Part shown: positions 1 to 9,848 of the stretch, in pieces | Position numbering within the stretch: position 1 is the first letter of the stretch | Layout of the letters: every line of letters begins with the position of its first letter | Notes under the pieces: generated by a model | The model's input: only the letters and a program-made list of their open reading frames with translations | The model's database searches: none | What the model was told of the DNA's origin: nothing | Program-made: the position numbers and the translations under genes | DNA from: Alphaproteobacteria bacterium | GTDB lineage: Bacteria > Pseudomonadota > Alphaproteobacteria > UBA828 | Reading direction: 5' to 3' | DNA length: 64,000 bases | NCBI GenBank assembly: GCA_965220825.1 | Contig: OZ244839.1 | Span: forward strand, 2,859,861 to 2,923,860

Positions 1-590
1 TGGGGATCGGATTCCTGATGGCGCCGCGCCATCACAGCGCCATGCGCCATGTGGCGCACACCCGGCTGGAGTTGGGCGTGCGCACCATCTTCAACCTGCT
101 GGGCCCGCTAACCAACCCGGCCGGTGCACGGCGCCAGCTCATCGGCGTGTTCGACCCGGCCTGGGCCGAGCCCATGGCGCTGGTCCTGCGCAATCTCGGC
201 TCGGAGCGCGCCTGGGTCGTTCACGGCTCCGACGGAATGGACGAGCTCACGACCGTGGGTCCCACCCATGTGGTGGAATTGCGCGACGGAGCAGTGCGCC
301 GTTTCGTGGTCGCGCCGGAGGATGCGGGCCTTCCACGCGCGCGCGCCGACGACCTTGCGGGCGGCGATGCGGAGGCCAACGCCGCCATCGTCCGCGCGCT
401 GCTGGAGGGCGCACCCGGGGCCGCCCGCGACATCGTGCTGCTCAACGCCGCCGCCGCGCTGGTGATTGCCGGCCGCGCGGCGGATCTGAGGGAGGGCGCG
501 GCGCTTGCCGCCGCCGCCGTTGACGGCGGCAAGGCACTGGCGGCGCTGGATGGGCTGCGGACCGTCTGCGGCGGGCCGGCAGCACCATGA
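1..590 (+). CDS. trpD: anthranilate phosphoribosyltransferase, C-terminal part (5' end outside window)
   Basis: Translation ([11 protein letters not shown]..., [13 protein letters not shown]..., LLNAAAALV) matches the TrpD C-terminal half. The frame is open to the window edge. ATGA overlap with trpC at 587-590. Confidence 0.9.
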   Translation, partial: GIGFLMAPRHHSAMRHVAHTRLELGVRTIFNLLGPLTNPAGARRQLIGVFDPAWAEPMALVLRNLGSERAWVVHGSDGMDELTTVGPTHVVELRDGAVRRFVVAPEDAGLPRARADDLAGGDAEANAAIVRALLEGAPGAARDIVLLNAAAALVIAGRAADLREGAALAAAAVDGGKALAALDGLRTVCGGPAAP

Positions 591-1402
591 GCGACGTTCT
601 CGCCCGTATCTGCGCCGAGAAGCGCCGCCATGTGGCGGTGCGTAAGCGGGCCGTGCCGGAGGCCGAACTCGAGGCCCGCGTCCGCGCCGCGCCGCCGCCG
701 CGCGGTTTCGCGGCGGCGCTCGCAGCGGCCGCGAAAGGTGGCGGTCTCGCGCTCATCGCGGAACTCAAGAAGGCGTCTCCGAGTCGCGGCCTGATCCGCT
801 CCGACTTCGATCCGCCGTCTCTGGCCCGTGCCTATGAGGCGGGGGGCGCGGCCTGTCTCTCGGTGCTGACCGACGAGCCCTTCTTCCAGGGAAGGGATGG
901 GTATCTGCAGGAGGCGCGGGCGGCGACCGCGCTTCCCGTGCTGCGCAAGGACTTCATGCTGGACCCCTACCAGGTGCTGGAGGCCCGGGCGCTCGGCGCC
1001 GACTGCATCCTGTTGATTCTCGCGATGCTGGAGGACGGCCAGGCGGCGGAGCTGGAAAGCGCGGCCCGCGAGCTCGGAATGGGCGTTCTGGCGGAGGTCC
1101 ATGACGAGGCCGAGCTTGCGCGCGCGCAGGCACTCGAGACGCCGCTCCTCGGCGTCAACAACCGCGATCTCAAGACCCTCGCGGTGAGCCTCGCCACCAC
1201 GGAGCGTCTCGCGCCGCTGGTGCCCGCGGGGCGGGACCTTGTCTGCGAGAGCGGCCTCTACGGCCATGACGACCTCCAGCGCATGACGGCATGCGGGGTG
1301 CGACGCTTCCTGGTGGGAGAATCGCTGATGCGCGAGGCGGACGTTGCCGCCGCCACCGCCACACTGCTGGGCCGCGCCGCACCCGGTCCCAGGGAGGGTT
1401 GA
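587..1402 (+). CDS. trpC: indole-3-glycerol phosphate synthase
   Basis: 271 aa with [38 protein letters not shown] and GVNNRDLKT motifs. Follows trpD. Confidence 0.93.
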   Translation: MSDVLARICAEKRRHVAVRKRAVPEAELEARVRAAPPPRGFAAALAAAAKGGGLALIAELKKASPSRGLIRSDFDPPSLARAYEAGGAACLSVLTDEPFFQGRDGYLQEARAATALPVLRKDFMLDPYQVLEARALGADCILLILAMLEDGQAAELESAARELGMGVLAEVHDEAELARAQALETPLLGVNNRDLKTLAVSLATTERLAPLVPAGRDLVCESGLYGHDDLQRMTACGVRRFLVGESLMREADVAAATATLLGRAAPGPREG

Positions 1403-1405
1403 ACG

Positions 1406-1882
1406 GTGGCCGAACTCACCCATTTCGACGAAAAGGGCGCCGCCCGCATGGTGGATGTCGGCGGCAAGGCGGAGACCGAACGGAGTGCGACGGCCCGCGT
1501 CAGCGTCGTCATGGCGCCGGAGACGCTGGCGTTGATCCGCGAGGGCGGGGTGCGGAAGGGCGACGTGCTGGGCACCGCCCGGCTCGCTGGGATCATGGCG
1601 GCCAAGCGGACCCCGGAATTGATCCCGCTGTGCCATCCGCTCGCGCTCTCGGCCGTGGACCTCGCGCTCACATGCGATCCCGCGCGCAATGCCGTCGATA
1701 TCGAGGCCACCTGCCGCATCACCGCGCGCACCGGCGTCGAGATGGAGGCGCTGACGGCGGCAAGCGTGGCGGCGCTGACGGTCTACGACATGTGCAAGGC
1801 GGTGGACCGCGGCATGCGAATCACCGACCTCCGCGTGACCCGCAAGGAAGGCGGCAAGTCGGGCCGCTTCGAGCAGTCGTGA
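1406..1882 (+). CDS. moaC: cyclic pyranopterin monophosphate synthase
   Basis: 158 aa. MVDVGGK..., [32 protein letters not shown] are typical MoaC. Confidence 0.93.
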   Translation: MAELTHFDEKGAARMVDVGGKAETERSATARVSVVMAPETLALIREGGVRKGDVLGTARLAGIMAAKRTPELIPLCHPLALSAVDLALTCDPARNAVDIEATCRITARTGVEMEALTAASVAALTVYDMCKAVDRGMRITDLRVTRKEGGKSGRFEQS

Positions 1883-1916
1883 CGGCCGCATCGCGCCGCC
1901 GCGGCGAGCCGGTGCG

Positions 1917-3134
1917 ATGATTCCGGTCGAGGAGGCCGTCGCCCGCATCCGCGCCGCCTTCGCGCCCCTTCCGGCGGAGACGGTGCCGCTCGCCGCGGCC
2001 CGTGGACGGGTGCTTGCCGAGGATGTGGCGGCGCGCGTTACCCAGCCGCCCTTTCCCGTCTCCGCCATGGACGGCTACGCCGTCCGTGCCGAGGATGTGG
2101 TGCAGACGCCCGTCACATTGCGGGAGATCGGGCGCGTGCCGGCCGGCGGGCGCTTCGAGGGCCGGGTGGGCCGGGGCGAGACCGTGCGGATTTTCACCGG
2201 CGCCCGCATGCCCGAGGGGACGGATGCCGTCGTCATCCAGGAGAACGTCACGGCCGACGGAGAATCCATAACCGTACGCATCGGCGCCGGGGAGGGCCGG
2301 TATGTCCGCCCCGCGGGGCTCGACTTCCGGGCGGGCGATGTCGGCGTATGTGGGGGCCGCCGGCTGGATGCCCGCGCCATCGGTCTCGCCGCGGCCATGA
2401 ACCGGCCGTGGCTCGCCGTCCGCCGCAGGCCCCGTATCGCCCTGCTGGCGACCGGCGACGAGATCGTCATGCCGGGCGAGCCCATCGGCGAGAACCAGAT
2501 CGTGAGCGCCAACACGCTTGCCTTGCAGGCGGTGGTTGAGGGGCATGGCGGCGAGGCGGTCAATCTCGGTATCGCGCAGGACGATGCGCAATCGCTCACC
2601 CGCCTTGCCGCGGGTGCCCGGGGTACGGATCTGCTGGTGACCACCGGCGGCGCCTCGGTGGGCGAGCACGACCTGATCCGGTCCGTACTCGGCGATCGCG
2701 GACTCTCCCTCGATTTCTGGAAGATCGCCATGCGTCCCGGAAAGCCGCTGATGTTCGGCACCGTCGGCGAGACCCGCCTTCTCGGCCTCCCCGGCAATCC
2801 GGTTTCGTCGCTGGTCTGTGCGCATGTCTTCCTGCGTCCCGCTCTGGAGCGCATGCTGGGCCTGGAGGAGGGCGCCGCCCCGGGGCCCCGCACCGCGCGC
2901 CTCGGCGCGGATCTGGACGCGAATGACGAGCGGCAGGACTATCTCCGGTCCGCGCTGGAGACCGGCGCGGACGGCGTTCCGGTGGCGACGCCCTTCTCCA
3001 GGCAGGACAGCTCCATGATTTCCCTCCTGGCCCGCGCCCAGTGCCTTGTCGTCCGCCCCCCGCACGCGCCGCCTGCGCGGTGCGGCGAAACCGTCGAGAT
3101 CGTCCCGCTCGAGAGCGCCCCGCCGCCGCTCTGA
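1917..3134 (+). CDS. moeA: molybdopterin molybdenumtransferase
   Basis: 405 aa. PFPVSAMDGYAVRAED, LATGDEIV, TTGGASVGEHD, LPGNPVSS. The trpDC-moaC-moeA order is common in Alphaproteobacteria. Confidence 0.9.
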   Translation: MIPVEEAVARIRAAFAPLPAETVPLAAARGRVLAEDVAARVTQPPFPVSAMDGYAVRAEDVVQTPVTLREIGRVPAGGRFEGRVGRGETVRIFTGARMPEGTDAVVIQENVTADGESITVRIGAGEGRYVRPAGLDFRAGDVGVCGGRRLDARAIGLAAAMNRPWLAVRRRPRIALLATGDEIVMPGEPIGENQIVSANTLALQAVVEGHGGEAVNLGIAQDDAQSLTRLAAGARGTDLLVTTGGASVGEHDLIRSVLGDRGLSLDFWKIAMRPGKPLMFGTVGETRLLGLPGNPVSSLVCAHVFLRPALERMLGLEEGAAPGPRTARLGADLDANDERQDYLRSALETGADGVPVATPFSRQDSSMISLLARAQCLVVRPPHAPPARCGETVEIVPLESAPPPL

Positions 3135-3177
3135 CCCGCGAGGCCGCGAGCGCGCCGACCGGGGGTTGCCCCGCCGC

Positions 3178-4554
3178 CTACAGGCGGCGTGTGACGGTCT
3201 CGAGGTCGGGCGCCGACGCCAAGCCCGCCAGCGCCTCGAAGGCGGCGTCGCCGGCGGCGGGTGCGAGCGAGCGGGCGGCGCAGGCCGCGAACTTCTCCCG
3301 GAGTTCGTCCCGGCTCAGCGGCCGGCCGGGGTGGCCCCGCGGATCCCGGACCGTCTCCCGCCATTCGCCGCCCGCGGCGAGGCGCAGGGCGACGGTCGCC
3401 CGATGGGGCGCGGCGTCCACATTCGCAGCGCCCGGCTGAGCGGGGTCCGCCCGCATGCGAATCCTGCCCAGCAGCGCCCGCACCTGCGGCCGGGCGAGCG
3501 CCGCGTCGGTGAAGGCGTCCAGCGCCAGCCTGCCGTCCGCGAGCGCACTCGCCAGCAGATAGTGCAGGCTGAAGCGTGCCTGCATGGCGTCCCGCGGGTC
3601 GTCATAGGTGAGGTTCTGCGCGGCGACCTCGGGCAGCTGCGCGTCGATCTCCGCCACGTCTGCGGGCCCGAGCCCGTGGCGCGAACGCAGCGCCAGCAGC
3701 GCGTCCAGGGGGCGGTGGGCGCTGGCGCAGCAGGGGTAGAACTTCTGCCACAGGCCGTGACGTTCGATTGCGGCGGGTGCGCTCGGGTCCGCCGCGCCTT
3801 CCTCCAGGCAGTCGCCCGGTAGGTCGGCGAAGAGCGCCGTGAAGCCCCGCGGCCCCTCATAGGCGTCCGGGGCGGCGGTGACGCCGGATTCGGCGAGTGC
3901 GGCGGCCAGAACGCCGTTCTTCGCCGCGAGGCCCGCATGGAGCGGCTTGGTCATGGTGCCGAACTGGATCTTGCCGCCGGAAGCAAGGCTCGCTGCGATG
4001 CCGATCGCGCAGGATGCGCGCCCGGCGTCCAGGCCCAGCAGGCGCGCACAGGCCGCCGCCGCCGCCGGCACGCCGAGGGTCAGGGTGGTGTGCCAACCCT
4101 TGAAATAGTGCGTCATGTTCAAGGCCTCGCCGAGGGCGGCCATCACGTCGAGCCCGACCAGGAAGGCATCGAGACAGCGTGCACCGTCCGCCCCGCGCTC
4201 CTCGCCCAGCGCCAGAAGGGCGGGCACCAGCGCCGCGCTGGCATGGGCGTTGGCGACCTCGAGCACGTCGTCATAGTCGAGCGCATGGGCAGCCGTGCCG
4301 TTGATCAGTGCGGCCCAGGGCGCCGCCAACCGATGCGGGGCACCCGCGGCATAGCAGCGGCCGCGGCCCCAGGGGGCAACCGCCGCGCGCACCGCCCGTG
4401 TGGCTTCGTCGTCCGCGCCCGCCAGCAGACAGGCGCCGGTATCCACCCAGGCGTCCGTTGCCCGTCCGAGCGCCTCCGCACTCCAGATGCGCGGTGCTTC
4501 CGCGACCCGGCGCCCGGTGCGCAGCGTCCACCCCGCCGACCGGTGATCGTCCAT
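3178..4554 (-). CDS. MmgE/PrpD family protein (2-methylcitrate dehydratase-like)
   Basis: 458 aa. INGTAAHALDYDD, GWHTT and PCCASAH-type segments are characteristic of the PrpD fold. Divergent from the prpE-like gene. Confidence 0.8.
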   Translation of the reverse strand: MDDHRSAGWTLRTGRRVAEAPRIWSAEALGRATDAWVDTGACLLAGADDEATRAVRAAVAPWGRGRCYAAGAPHRLAAPWAALINGTAAHALDYDDVLEVANAHASAALVPALLALGEERGADGARCLDAFLVGLDVMAALGEALNMTHYFKGWHTTLTLGVPAAAAACARLLGLDAGRASCAIGIAASLASGGKIQFGTMTKPLHAGLAAKNGVLAAALAESGVTAAPDAYEGPRGFTALFADLPGDCLEEGAADPSAPAAIERHGLWQKFYPCCASAHRPLDALLALRSRHGLGPADVAEIDAQLPEVAAQNLTYDDPRDAMQARFSLHYLLASALADGRLALDAFTDAALARPQVRALLGRIRMRADPAQPGAANVDAAPHRATVALRLAAGGEWRETVRDPRGHPGRPLSRDELREKFAACAARSLAPAAGDAAFEALAGLASAPDLETVTRRL

Positions 4555-4672
4555 GACGGACCGTTCCTCCCCGTCGCCAACCTACCATGCCCTTGCCATG
4601 TGGCCGCGCGACGCTTGCCCGGCTCGGGCACGCACGCCAAGATCGGGACGAGACCGCACCCGGGGCCGCTCC

Positions 4673-6574
4673 ATGACCAGTCGCTACGACGAAACCTATG
4701 CCCGTTCCCTCGCCGAGCCGGAGGCCTTCTGGGCCGAAGCGGCGGAAGCGATCGACTGGACGCGCCGGTGGGACCGCGTCTTCGACGATTCCAGACCCCC
4801 GTTCTACCGGTGGTTCGCGGGCGCCGAGGTCAACACGTGCCACAACGCCCTCGACCGCCATGTGGAAGCCGGCCGTGGCGCCGAGATCGCCTTGATCTAT
4901 GACAGCCCGGTCACCGATACCGTTCGCACCTTCACCTATGCGGCGCTGCAGGACCTTGCGTCCCGCTTCGCCGGCGCGCTCCGGGCGCGCGGCGTGGGAA
5001 GGGGCGACCGGGTGATCCTCTACATGCCAATGATTCCGGAGGCGGCGGTTGCGATGCTGGCCTGCGCCCGTATCGGCGCCGTTCATTCCGTGGTCTTCGG
5101 CGGTTTCGCGGCCAACGAACTCGCGGCACGCATCGACGATGCGAAGCCGAAGCTCGTGGTCTGCGGCTCCAGCGGTATCGAGGTGAATCGCATCATCGCC
5201 TACAAACCGTTGCTCGACGCCGCCATCGAGCTCGCCTCCCACCGGCCGGAAGGCTGCATCGTGGTGCAGCGGCCGGAGGAGGCGGCGCCCCTCAAGCCGG
5301 GCTTCGACGAGACCTGGGACGAGGCCATGGCCAATGCGGAGCCCACGGAATGCGTGCCGGTCGCCGCAACCGATCCGCTCTATATCCTCTACACCTCGGG
5401 CACCACCGGCGATCCCAAGGGCATCGTGCGGGACAATGGCGGCCACCTGGTGGCGCTGCATTGGAGCATGCGCAACGTCTACGGCCGCGAGCCCGGCCAG
5501 ACCTGGTGGGCGGCCTCCGATATCGGCTGGGTGGTGGGACATTCCTACATCGTCTATGCGCCGCTGATCTATGGCTGCCCCTCGGTCCTGTTCGAAGGGA
5601 AGCCCGTGGGCACGCCGGATGCCGCCGCCTATTGGCGGGTGATCTCCCGGCACGGAGTCACCGCCATGTTCACGGCGCCGACGGCGTTCCGCGCCATCAG
5701 GCGGGAAGATCCGGCCGCGGCGCTGCTCTCGGGCTACGACCTCTCCCGTTTCGACACGCTCTTCCTTGCGGGCGAGCGGACCGACCCGGATACGCTCGCC
5801 TGGGCCGAGCGCCATCTCGAACGCCCGGTCTACGACCATTGGTGGCAGACCGAGACAGGCTGGCCCATGGGTGCCAACTGCGCGGGCCTCGGGGCGCTTC
5901 CCGTCAAGCCCGGCTCCCCCACCAAGCCGGTGCCGGGCTATCGCATCGAGGTGGTGGACGAAGAGGGCGGGGCGGTCGCGCCGGGCGATATCGGCTCCAT
6001 CGTGGTGAAGCTGCCATTGCCGCCGGGCTGCGTGCCCACGCTCTGGAACAACGACACCCGCTTCGAGGAGGCCTATCTCTCGCGCTACCCCGGCTACTAC
6101 CTCACCGGCGATGCCGGCAGCATCGATGCGGACGGCTATCTCTGGATCATGAGCCGCACCGACGACATCATCAATGTGGCGGGCCATCGGCTCTCCACCG
6201 GCGCGATGGAGGAGGTGCTGGCCCGCCACCCGGACGTGGCGGAGTGCGCCGTGGTGGGTGTGGCGGACGCGCTCAAGGGGCAGCTCCCGCTGGGCTTCGT
6301 GGTGCTCAAGGCGGGGGTGAACCGGCCGCCGGAGGAGATCGCGGCGGAGCTCGTGCGCTTGGTGCGCGAGAGCATCGGGCCCGTCGCGGCCTTCAAGAAG
6401 GCGGTGGTGGTGGAGCGGCTGCCCAAGACGCGCTCCGGCAAGATCCTTCGCGGCACCATGGCGAAGATCGCCGACAACACGCCTTACAAGACCCCGGCGA
6501 CGATCGACGACCCGGCGATCCTCGACGAGATCGGAGAGGCCCTCCGCCCCGTGGGCTACGCCGGCGGCGCCTAA
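4673..6574 (+). CDS. prpE: propionate--CoA ligase / acyl-CoA synthetase (AMP-forming)
   Basis: From the internal ATG at 4673 (MTSRYDETYARSLAEPEAFWAEAAEAIDW). AMP-binding motif YTSGTTGDPKG and C-terminal LPKTRSGKILR. The upstream 40 codons of ORF 4553 look non-coding. Confidence 0.85.
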   Translation: MTSRYDETYARSLAEPEAFWAEAAEAIDWTRRWDRVFDDSRPPFYRWFAGAEVNTCHNALDRHVEAGRGAEIALIYDSPVTDTVRTFTYAALQDLASRFAGALRARGVGRGDRVILYMPMIPEAAVAMLACARIGAVHSVVFGGFAANELAARIDDAKPKLVVCGSSGIEVNRIIAYKPLLDAAIELASHRPEGCIVVQRPEEAAPLKPGFDETWDEAMANAEPTECVPVAATDPLYILYTSGTTGDPKGIVRDNGGHLVALHWSMRNVYGREPGQTWWAASDIGWVVGHSYIVYAPLIYGCPSVLFEGKPVGTPDAAAYWRVISRHGVTAMFTAPTAFRAIRREDPAAALLSGYDLSRFDTLFLAGERTDPDTLAWAERHLERPVYDHWWQTETGWPMGANCAGLGALPVKPGSPTKPVPGYRIEVVDEEGGAVAPGDIGSIVVKLPLPPGCVPTLWNNDTRFEEAYLSRYPGYYLTGDAGSIDADGYLWIMSRTDDIINVAGHRLSTGAMEEVLARHPDVAECAVVGVADALKGQLPLGFVVLKAGVNRPPEEIAAELVRLVRESIGPVAAFKKAVVVERLPKTRSGKILRGTMAKIADNTPYKTPATIDDPAILDEIGEALRPVGYAGGA

Positions 6575-7206
6575 GGCCCGGCCGCCCGGCGGGGGGCGAG
6601 CCTGCCCGCCCAGCGTTCGGTGAGATCGGAAGAAATGCCGAACTGATCCAGCGCGCGGGCCACGGTGTGGTCGATCACCGCCTCGAGCGTCGCCGGATGA
6701 TTGTAGAACGCCGGCACCGGCGGCAGGATGGTCACGCCGAGCCGCGCGAGCTTCAGCATGTTCTCGAGATGGATCGCGCTGAGCGGCGTCTCGCGCACCA
6801 GCAGCACCAGCGGACGGCGCTCCTTGATCGTCACGTCGGCGGCGCGATGGATCAGGGTATCGCCCGCCCCGCCGGCGATGGCGGCGACGGTGCGCATGGA
6901 GCAGGGCGCGACGACCATGCCGTCCACCGGAACGGAGCCCGAGGCCATGAGCGCACCCATGTCCCCCGGTCCGTAATGGCGGTCGGCGAGAGCCTGGACT
7001 TCGTCGAGGCCCTTCCCCGTCTCATGTTCGAGCGTGGCCCGCCCCCAGCGGCTTACGATGAGATGGGTCTCGACCGGGGCCTCTCGCAGCACCTCGAGCA
7101 GCCGGACGCCATAGACGGCCCCGCTGGCGCCGGTTATCGCAATCACAAGACTCCCGACCAAGGCTCCGCTCCCATGCCCGCCGAGCCCCAAGTGTACACC
7201 GCCCAC
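6571..7206 (-). CDS. ubiX: flavin prenyltransferase UbiX
   Basis: VIAITGASGAVYGVRLLEVL..., MVVAPCSMRTVAAIAGG..., LVLLVRETPLS. Start is uncertain: ATG at 7206 or TTG at 7161. Confidence 0.88.
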   Translation of the reverse strand: MGGVHLGLGGHGSGALVGSLVIAITGASGAVYGVRLLEVLREAPVETHLIVSRWGRATLEHETGKGLDEVQALADRHYGPGDMGALMASGSVPVDGMVVAPCSMRTVAAIAGGAGDTLIHRAADVTIKERRPLVLLVRETPLSAIHLENMLKLARLGVTILPPVPAFYNHPATLEAVIDHTVARALDQFGISSDLTERWAGRLAPRRAAGP

Positions 7207-7281
7207 CCCGCCCGCACCCGCCGTTCCGTGTGCCGCCGCTCCCTTGCGAAGGAAGGCACGGGCCTTCGGCCTTATCGGTTT

Positions 7282-7304
7282 GGTGCGCGGGTCTCCAGGC
7301 CCGC
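7282..7304. repeat. single copy of the 23-nt arm sequence ggtgcgcgggtctccaggcccgc
   Basis: Identical to both arms of the palindrome at 48703-48776. With flanking gttt the shared stretch is 27 nt. Lies 31 nt outside the left end of the intact IS. Confidence 0.8.
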
Positions 7305-7381
7305 CTGTATCTCCGCCATCGCTGAAGACGCGTCCTGTGCAAGTTCAGACAGGTATGAGACGCGTCTCTTGAAACGGGGTT

Positions 7382-7432
7382 GGGGGTCTCCGAAGCTGTT
7401 GGTGTAGACACATCAACCTCGAGGAGACCCCC
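7382..7432 (+). promoter_or_regulatory. 10-bp inverted repeat enclosing the transposase Shine-Dalgarno region
   Basis: gggggtctcc (7382-7391) pairs perfectly with ggagaccccc (7423-7432), which ends immediately before ATG 7433 and overlaps the gaggag SD. A related hairpin is kept in the degraded copy (48788-48831). Confidence 0.5.
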
Positions 7433-8446
7433 ATGCAGGTTCTTGGCCTGCCTCGTCAGATTACACGAGGCGCGCGGCTCGCGTCGCGTCTTTGCGATGC
7501 GCAGCGTAGCGAAGCAGAGCAAAGACGCGACGCGGTGCGTCGTTGGCGCGCTGCCATGGTGGCGGGCCTGACCGCCGAGGAAGCGGCCCAAGCCATCGGC
7601 GTGTCCCGTGCCACGCTCTACCGCTGGAAGAAGCGCTCCGAGCGGTACTCCAGCCGACCGCGGAGGCTGCGAAAGCCAAACTGGTCGCGGGCTCTGGTCG
7701 CCGCCATCCGCGAGATCCGCGCCGACTACCCCATGTGGGGCAAGGCCAAGATCACCGTTCTACTGCACCGGCGCGGCTTCCAGACCTGCGAAAGCACCGT
7801 TGGGCGCATCCTGAAGACCTTGATCGACCGCGGCGAGGTCGTCCCCGTCCCGACACTGCGGCGCAAGGCGCCACGGGCCTTGCGCCGCACCCGGCCCCAT
7901 GCCCGGCGCCTGCCCAAGGGCAGAAAGCCCGCACGGCCCGGAGAAATCATCCAGATCGACACCATGACCATCAATCCTGGCCACGGACGGCCCACCATCA
8001 AGCAGTTCACTGCAATCGACCCCATCGCCAAATGGACCTGCGCACAGGCCTGGCGACGCGCAACGGCCCATAACGCCGCCCAATTCCTCGACAAGCTCCA
8101 GGACGACATGCCCTTCCCCGTCAAGGCCATCCAGATCGACGGCGGCGCCGAGTTCAAGGCAAGCTTCGAAACCGAATGCCAAAGGCGCGGCATCGATCTC
8201 TGGGAGCTGCCGCCCCGATCCCCTGAACTCAACGGTCATGTCGAACGCAGCAACGGCACATGGCGCTATGAGTTCCATGCCTCCTGGGAGCTCCCCGACG
8301 ACCTCGAAGGCCTCAACCGATGGATCGACGCCTTCGCCGACGAGTTCAATACCATCAGACCCAACCAGGCCCTTGGCGGACAAACACCGGCCGAATACCT
8401 TGACAACCTGACAGCAGAAGAAACCACAGCGTCTCAAACGTCCTGA
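7433..8446 (+). CDS. IS481-family DDE transposase (HTH + rve integrase core)
   Basis: 337 aa. N-terminal HTH (AAQAIGVSRATLYRWKK) and catalytic-core segments IIQIDTM..., AIQIDGGAEF, PRSPELNGHVERSNGTWRYEF. Confidence 0.9.
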   Translation: MQVLGLPRQITRGARLASRLCDAQRSEAEQRRDAVRRWRAAMVAGLTAEEAAQAIGVSRATLYRWKKRSERYSSRPRRLRKPNWSRALVAAIREIRADYPMWGKAKITVLLHRRGFQTCESTVGRILKTLIDRGEVVPVPTLRRKAPRALRRTRPHARRLPKGRKPARPGEIIQIDTMTINPGHGRPTIKQFTAIDPIAKWTCAQAWRRATAHNAAQFLDKLQDDMPFPVKAIQIDGGAEFKASFETECQRRGIDLWELPPRSPELNGHVERSNGTWRYEFHASWELPDDLEGLNRWIDAFADEFNTIRPNQALGGQTPAEYLDNLTAEETTASQTS

Positions 8447-8471
8447 ACGAGGACACGTCCGTGCGCGGGGG

Positions 8472-9848
8472 TTGCGGGGCGGCTATACTGGCGGGGCTGC
8501 GGGCGGAAGGCGCGCCTTGCCCGCGACGGGAAGGGCGAGGATCGGTGAGCCGCGGCATGGGGACGCAGCGCGAATCCGGCATAACGGCGTGAGCGGCGGA
8601 GACCCCCGCTGGCGGCGGCGCGCCGTGAACGTCGCCGGGCTGCGTGCGGAGGCCCGCCGGGCTCTGCCCCGCCCGGTTTTCGATTTCGTGGATGGCGGCG
8701 CGGGCGACGAACGCACGCTTGCGCGCAACGAGACCGCCTTCGACCGCTACCCCCTGCTGCCGCGCCCGCTGAATGGGGCGGCCCAGCGCGACCTCTCCAT
8801 CGAGCTTTTCGGCCGGCGGCTCGCACTCCCGCTTCTGGTGGGGCCCACGGGGCTTGCCGGCCTGCTCTGGCCCGGCGGCGAGGCGGCTTCGGCGCGGGCC
8901 GCGGCTGCCGCCGGTTCGGCCTATTGTCTGAGCCACGGCTCGGTCTGCTCCCTCGAGGAGCTGGCGGAGACCGGCGCGGCGCCGCTCTGGATGCAGACCT
9001 TCATCTACAAGGAGCGGGCGCTTACCCGCGAAATAGCGGATCGCGCGGCCGCCGCGGGTTACGACGCGCTCGTGCTCACCGTGGACACCCAGATTCTCGG
9101 CAACCGGGAGCGCGACGTCCATAACGGCTTCACCATTCCGCCCCGGCTCGCGCTGGGCGAGGTCGCCCGCATGGCAGGCAAGCTGCCCTGGCTCTGGCGA
9201 ATGAAGCGGGCGCTCCCACGGATCACCTTCGGCAACTACCGCCGGCCCGGCGGCGGGGAAGACCTGACGGTGCTCGCCGAGCGCATGATGACGCTGCCCG
9301 ATCCGGGCATGACCTGGCGGGATGTGGCCTGGCTGCGCGAGATCTGGAAGGGACCGTTGATACTCAAGGGCATCCTGCATCCCGCCGAGGCGGCGGAGGC
9401 GGTCGCCAACGGGGTCGACGGGATCATCGTGTCGAACCATGGCGGGCGGCAGCTCGACGGCGTGGCCGCCGCCGTGGACGCCCTGCCGGCGGTGGCCGAC
9501 GCGGTCGGTGGCCGGGCGAAGGTGCTGTTCGACGGCGGTCTCCGGCGGGGCGTCCATGTGGTGAAGGCGCTGGCGCTCGGCGCAGACTGCTGCCTGGTGG
9601 GCCGGCCGCAATTATGGGGGCTGGCTGCCGGCGGCGAGGCGGGTGTCGCCCACATGTTCGAAATCTTCCGGCGTGAGATCGACCTCGCCATGGGCCTTTG
9701 CGGCTTCTCGACCATCGGCGGGATCGACGCGGACGCGATCCAGCGGAGCCCCGCCGAAGCCGCACCATCCCGGCGCGGCTCCCCGCTCGCCGCCGCCGGC
9801 CCGCGGTCCGGAGAAGCGTCGCCCCTCCGCGCCACGGGCTCCGCGTGA
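8472..9848 (+). CDS. FMN-dependent alpha-hydroxy acid dehydrogenase/oxidase (LldD / glycolate oxidase family)
   Basis: VFDFVDGGAGDERTLARNETAFD, LVLTVDTQILGNRERD, IIVSNHGGRQLD, DGGLRRG. The start is probably downstream of 8472 (for example GTG at 8589). The C-terminal ~40 aa are low-complexity. Confidence 0.8.
   Translation: MRGGYTGGAAGGRRALPATGRARIGEPRHGDAARIRHNGVSGGDPRWRRRAVNVAGLRAEARRALPRPVFDFVDGGAGDERTLARNETAFDRYPLLPRPLNGAAQRDLSIELFGRRLALPLLVGPTGLAGLLWPGGEAASARAAAAAGSAYCLSHGSVCSLEELAETGAAPLWMQTFIYKERALTREIADRAAAAGYDALVLTVDTQILGNRERDVHNGFTIPPRLALGEVARMAGKLPWLWRMKRALPRITFGNYRRPGGGEDLTVLAERMMTLPDPGMTWRDVAWLREIWKGPLILKGILHPAEAAEAVANGVDGIIVSNHGGRQLDGVAAAVDALPAVADAVGGRAKVLFDGGLRRGVHVVKALALGADCCLVGRPQLWGLAAGGEAGVAHMFEIFRREIDLAMGLCGFSTIGGIDADAIQRSPAEAAPSRRGSPLAAAGPRSGEASPLRATGSA

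Larger units (their letters stand above)
7336..8455 (+). mobile_element. IS481-family insertion sequence, apparently intact (1120 bp)
   Basis: Single DDE transposase ORF. Imperfect terminal inverted repeats start with TGT: left tgtgcaagttcagacaggtatgagacgc, right (reverse complement) tgtcctcgttcaggacgtttgagacgc. Flanked by a direct repeat CGTCC at 7331-7335 and 8456-8460. Confidence 0.8.

Noticed and set aside
221-2068. 615-aa ORF antisense to trpD-trpC-moaC
   Set aside because: Arg/Ala/Gly/Pro-rich translation with no motifs. It fully overlaps three well-supported genes, so it is a typical GC-driven shadow ORF.
4271-7407. Long ORFs 4271..6229 (-) and 5350..7407 (+) overlapping prpE and ubiX
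   Set aside because: Low-complexity Arg/Gly/Pro-rich translations in alternative frames of strongly supported genes. No independent coding evidence.
8461-8469. gtgcgcggg right of the IS as a third copy of the 23-nt arm repeat
   Set aside because: Only 9 nt match and the sequence diverges immediately, so it is probably chance in a GC-rich genome.
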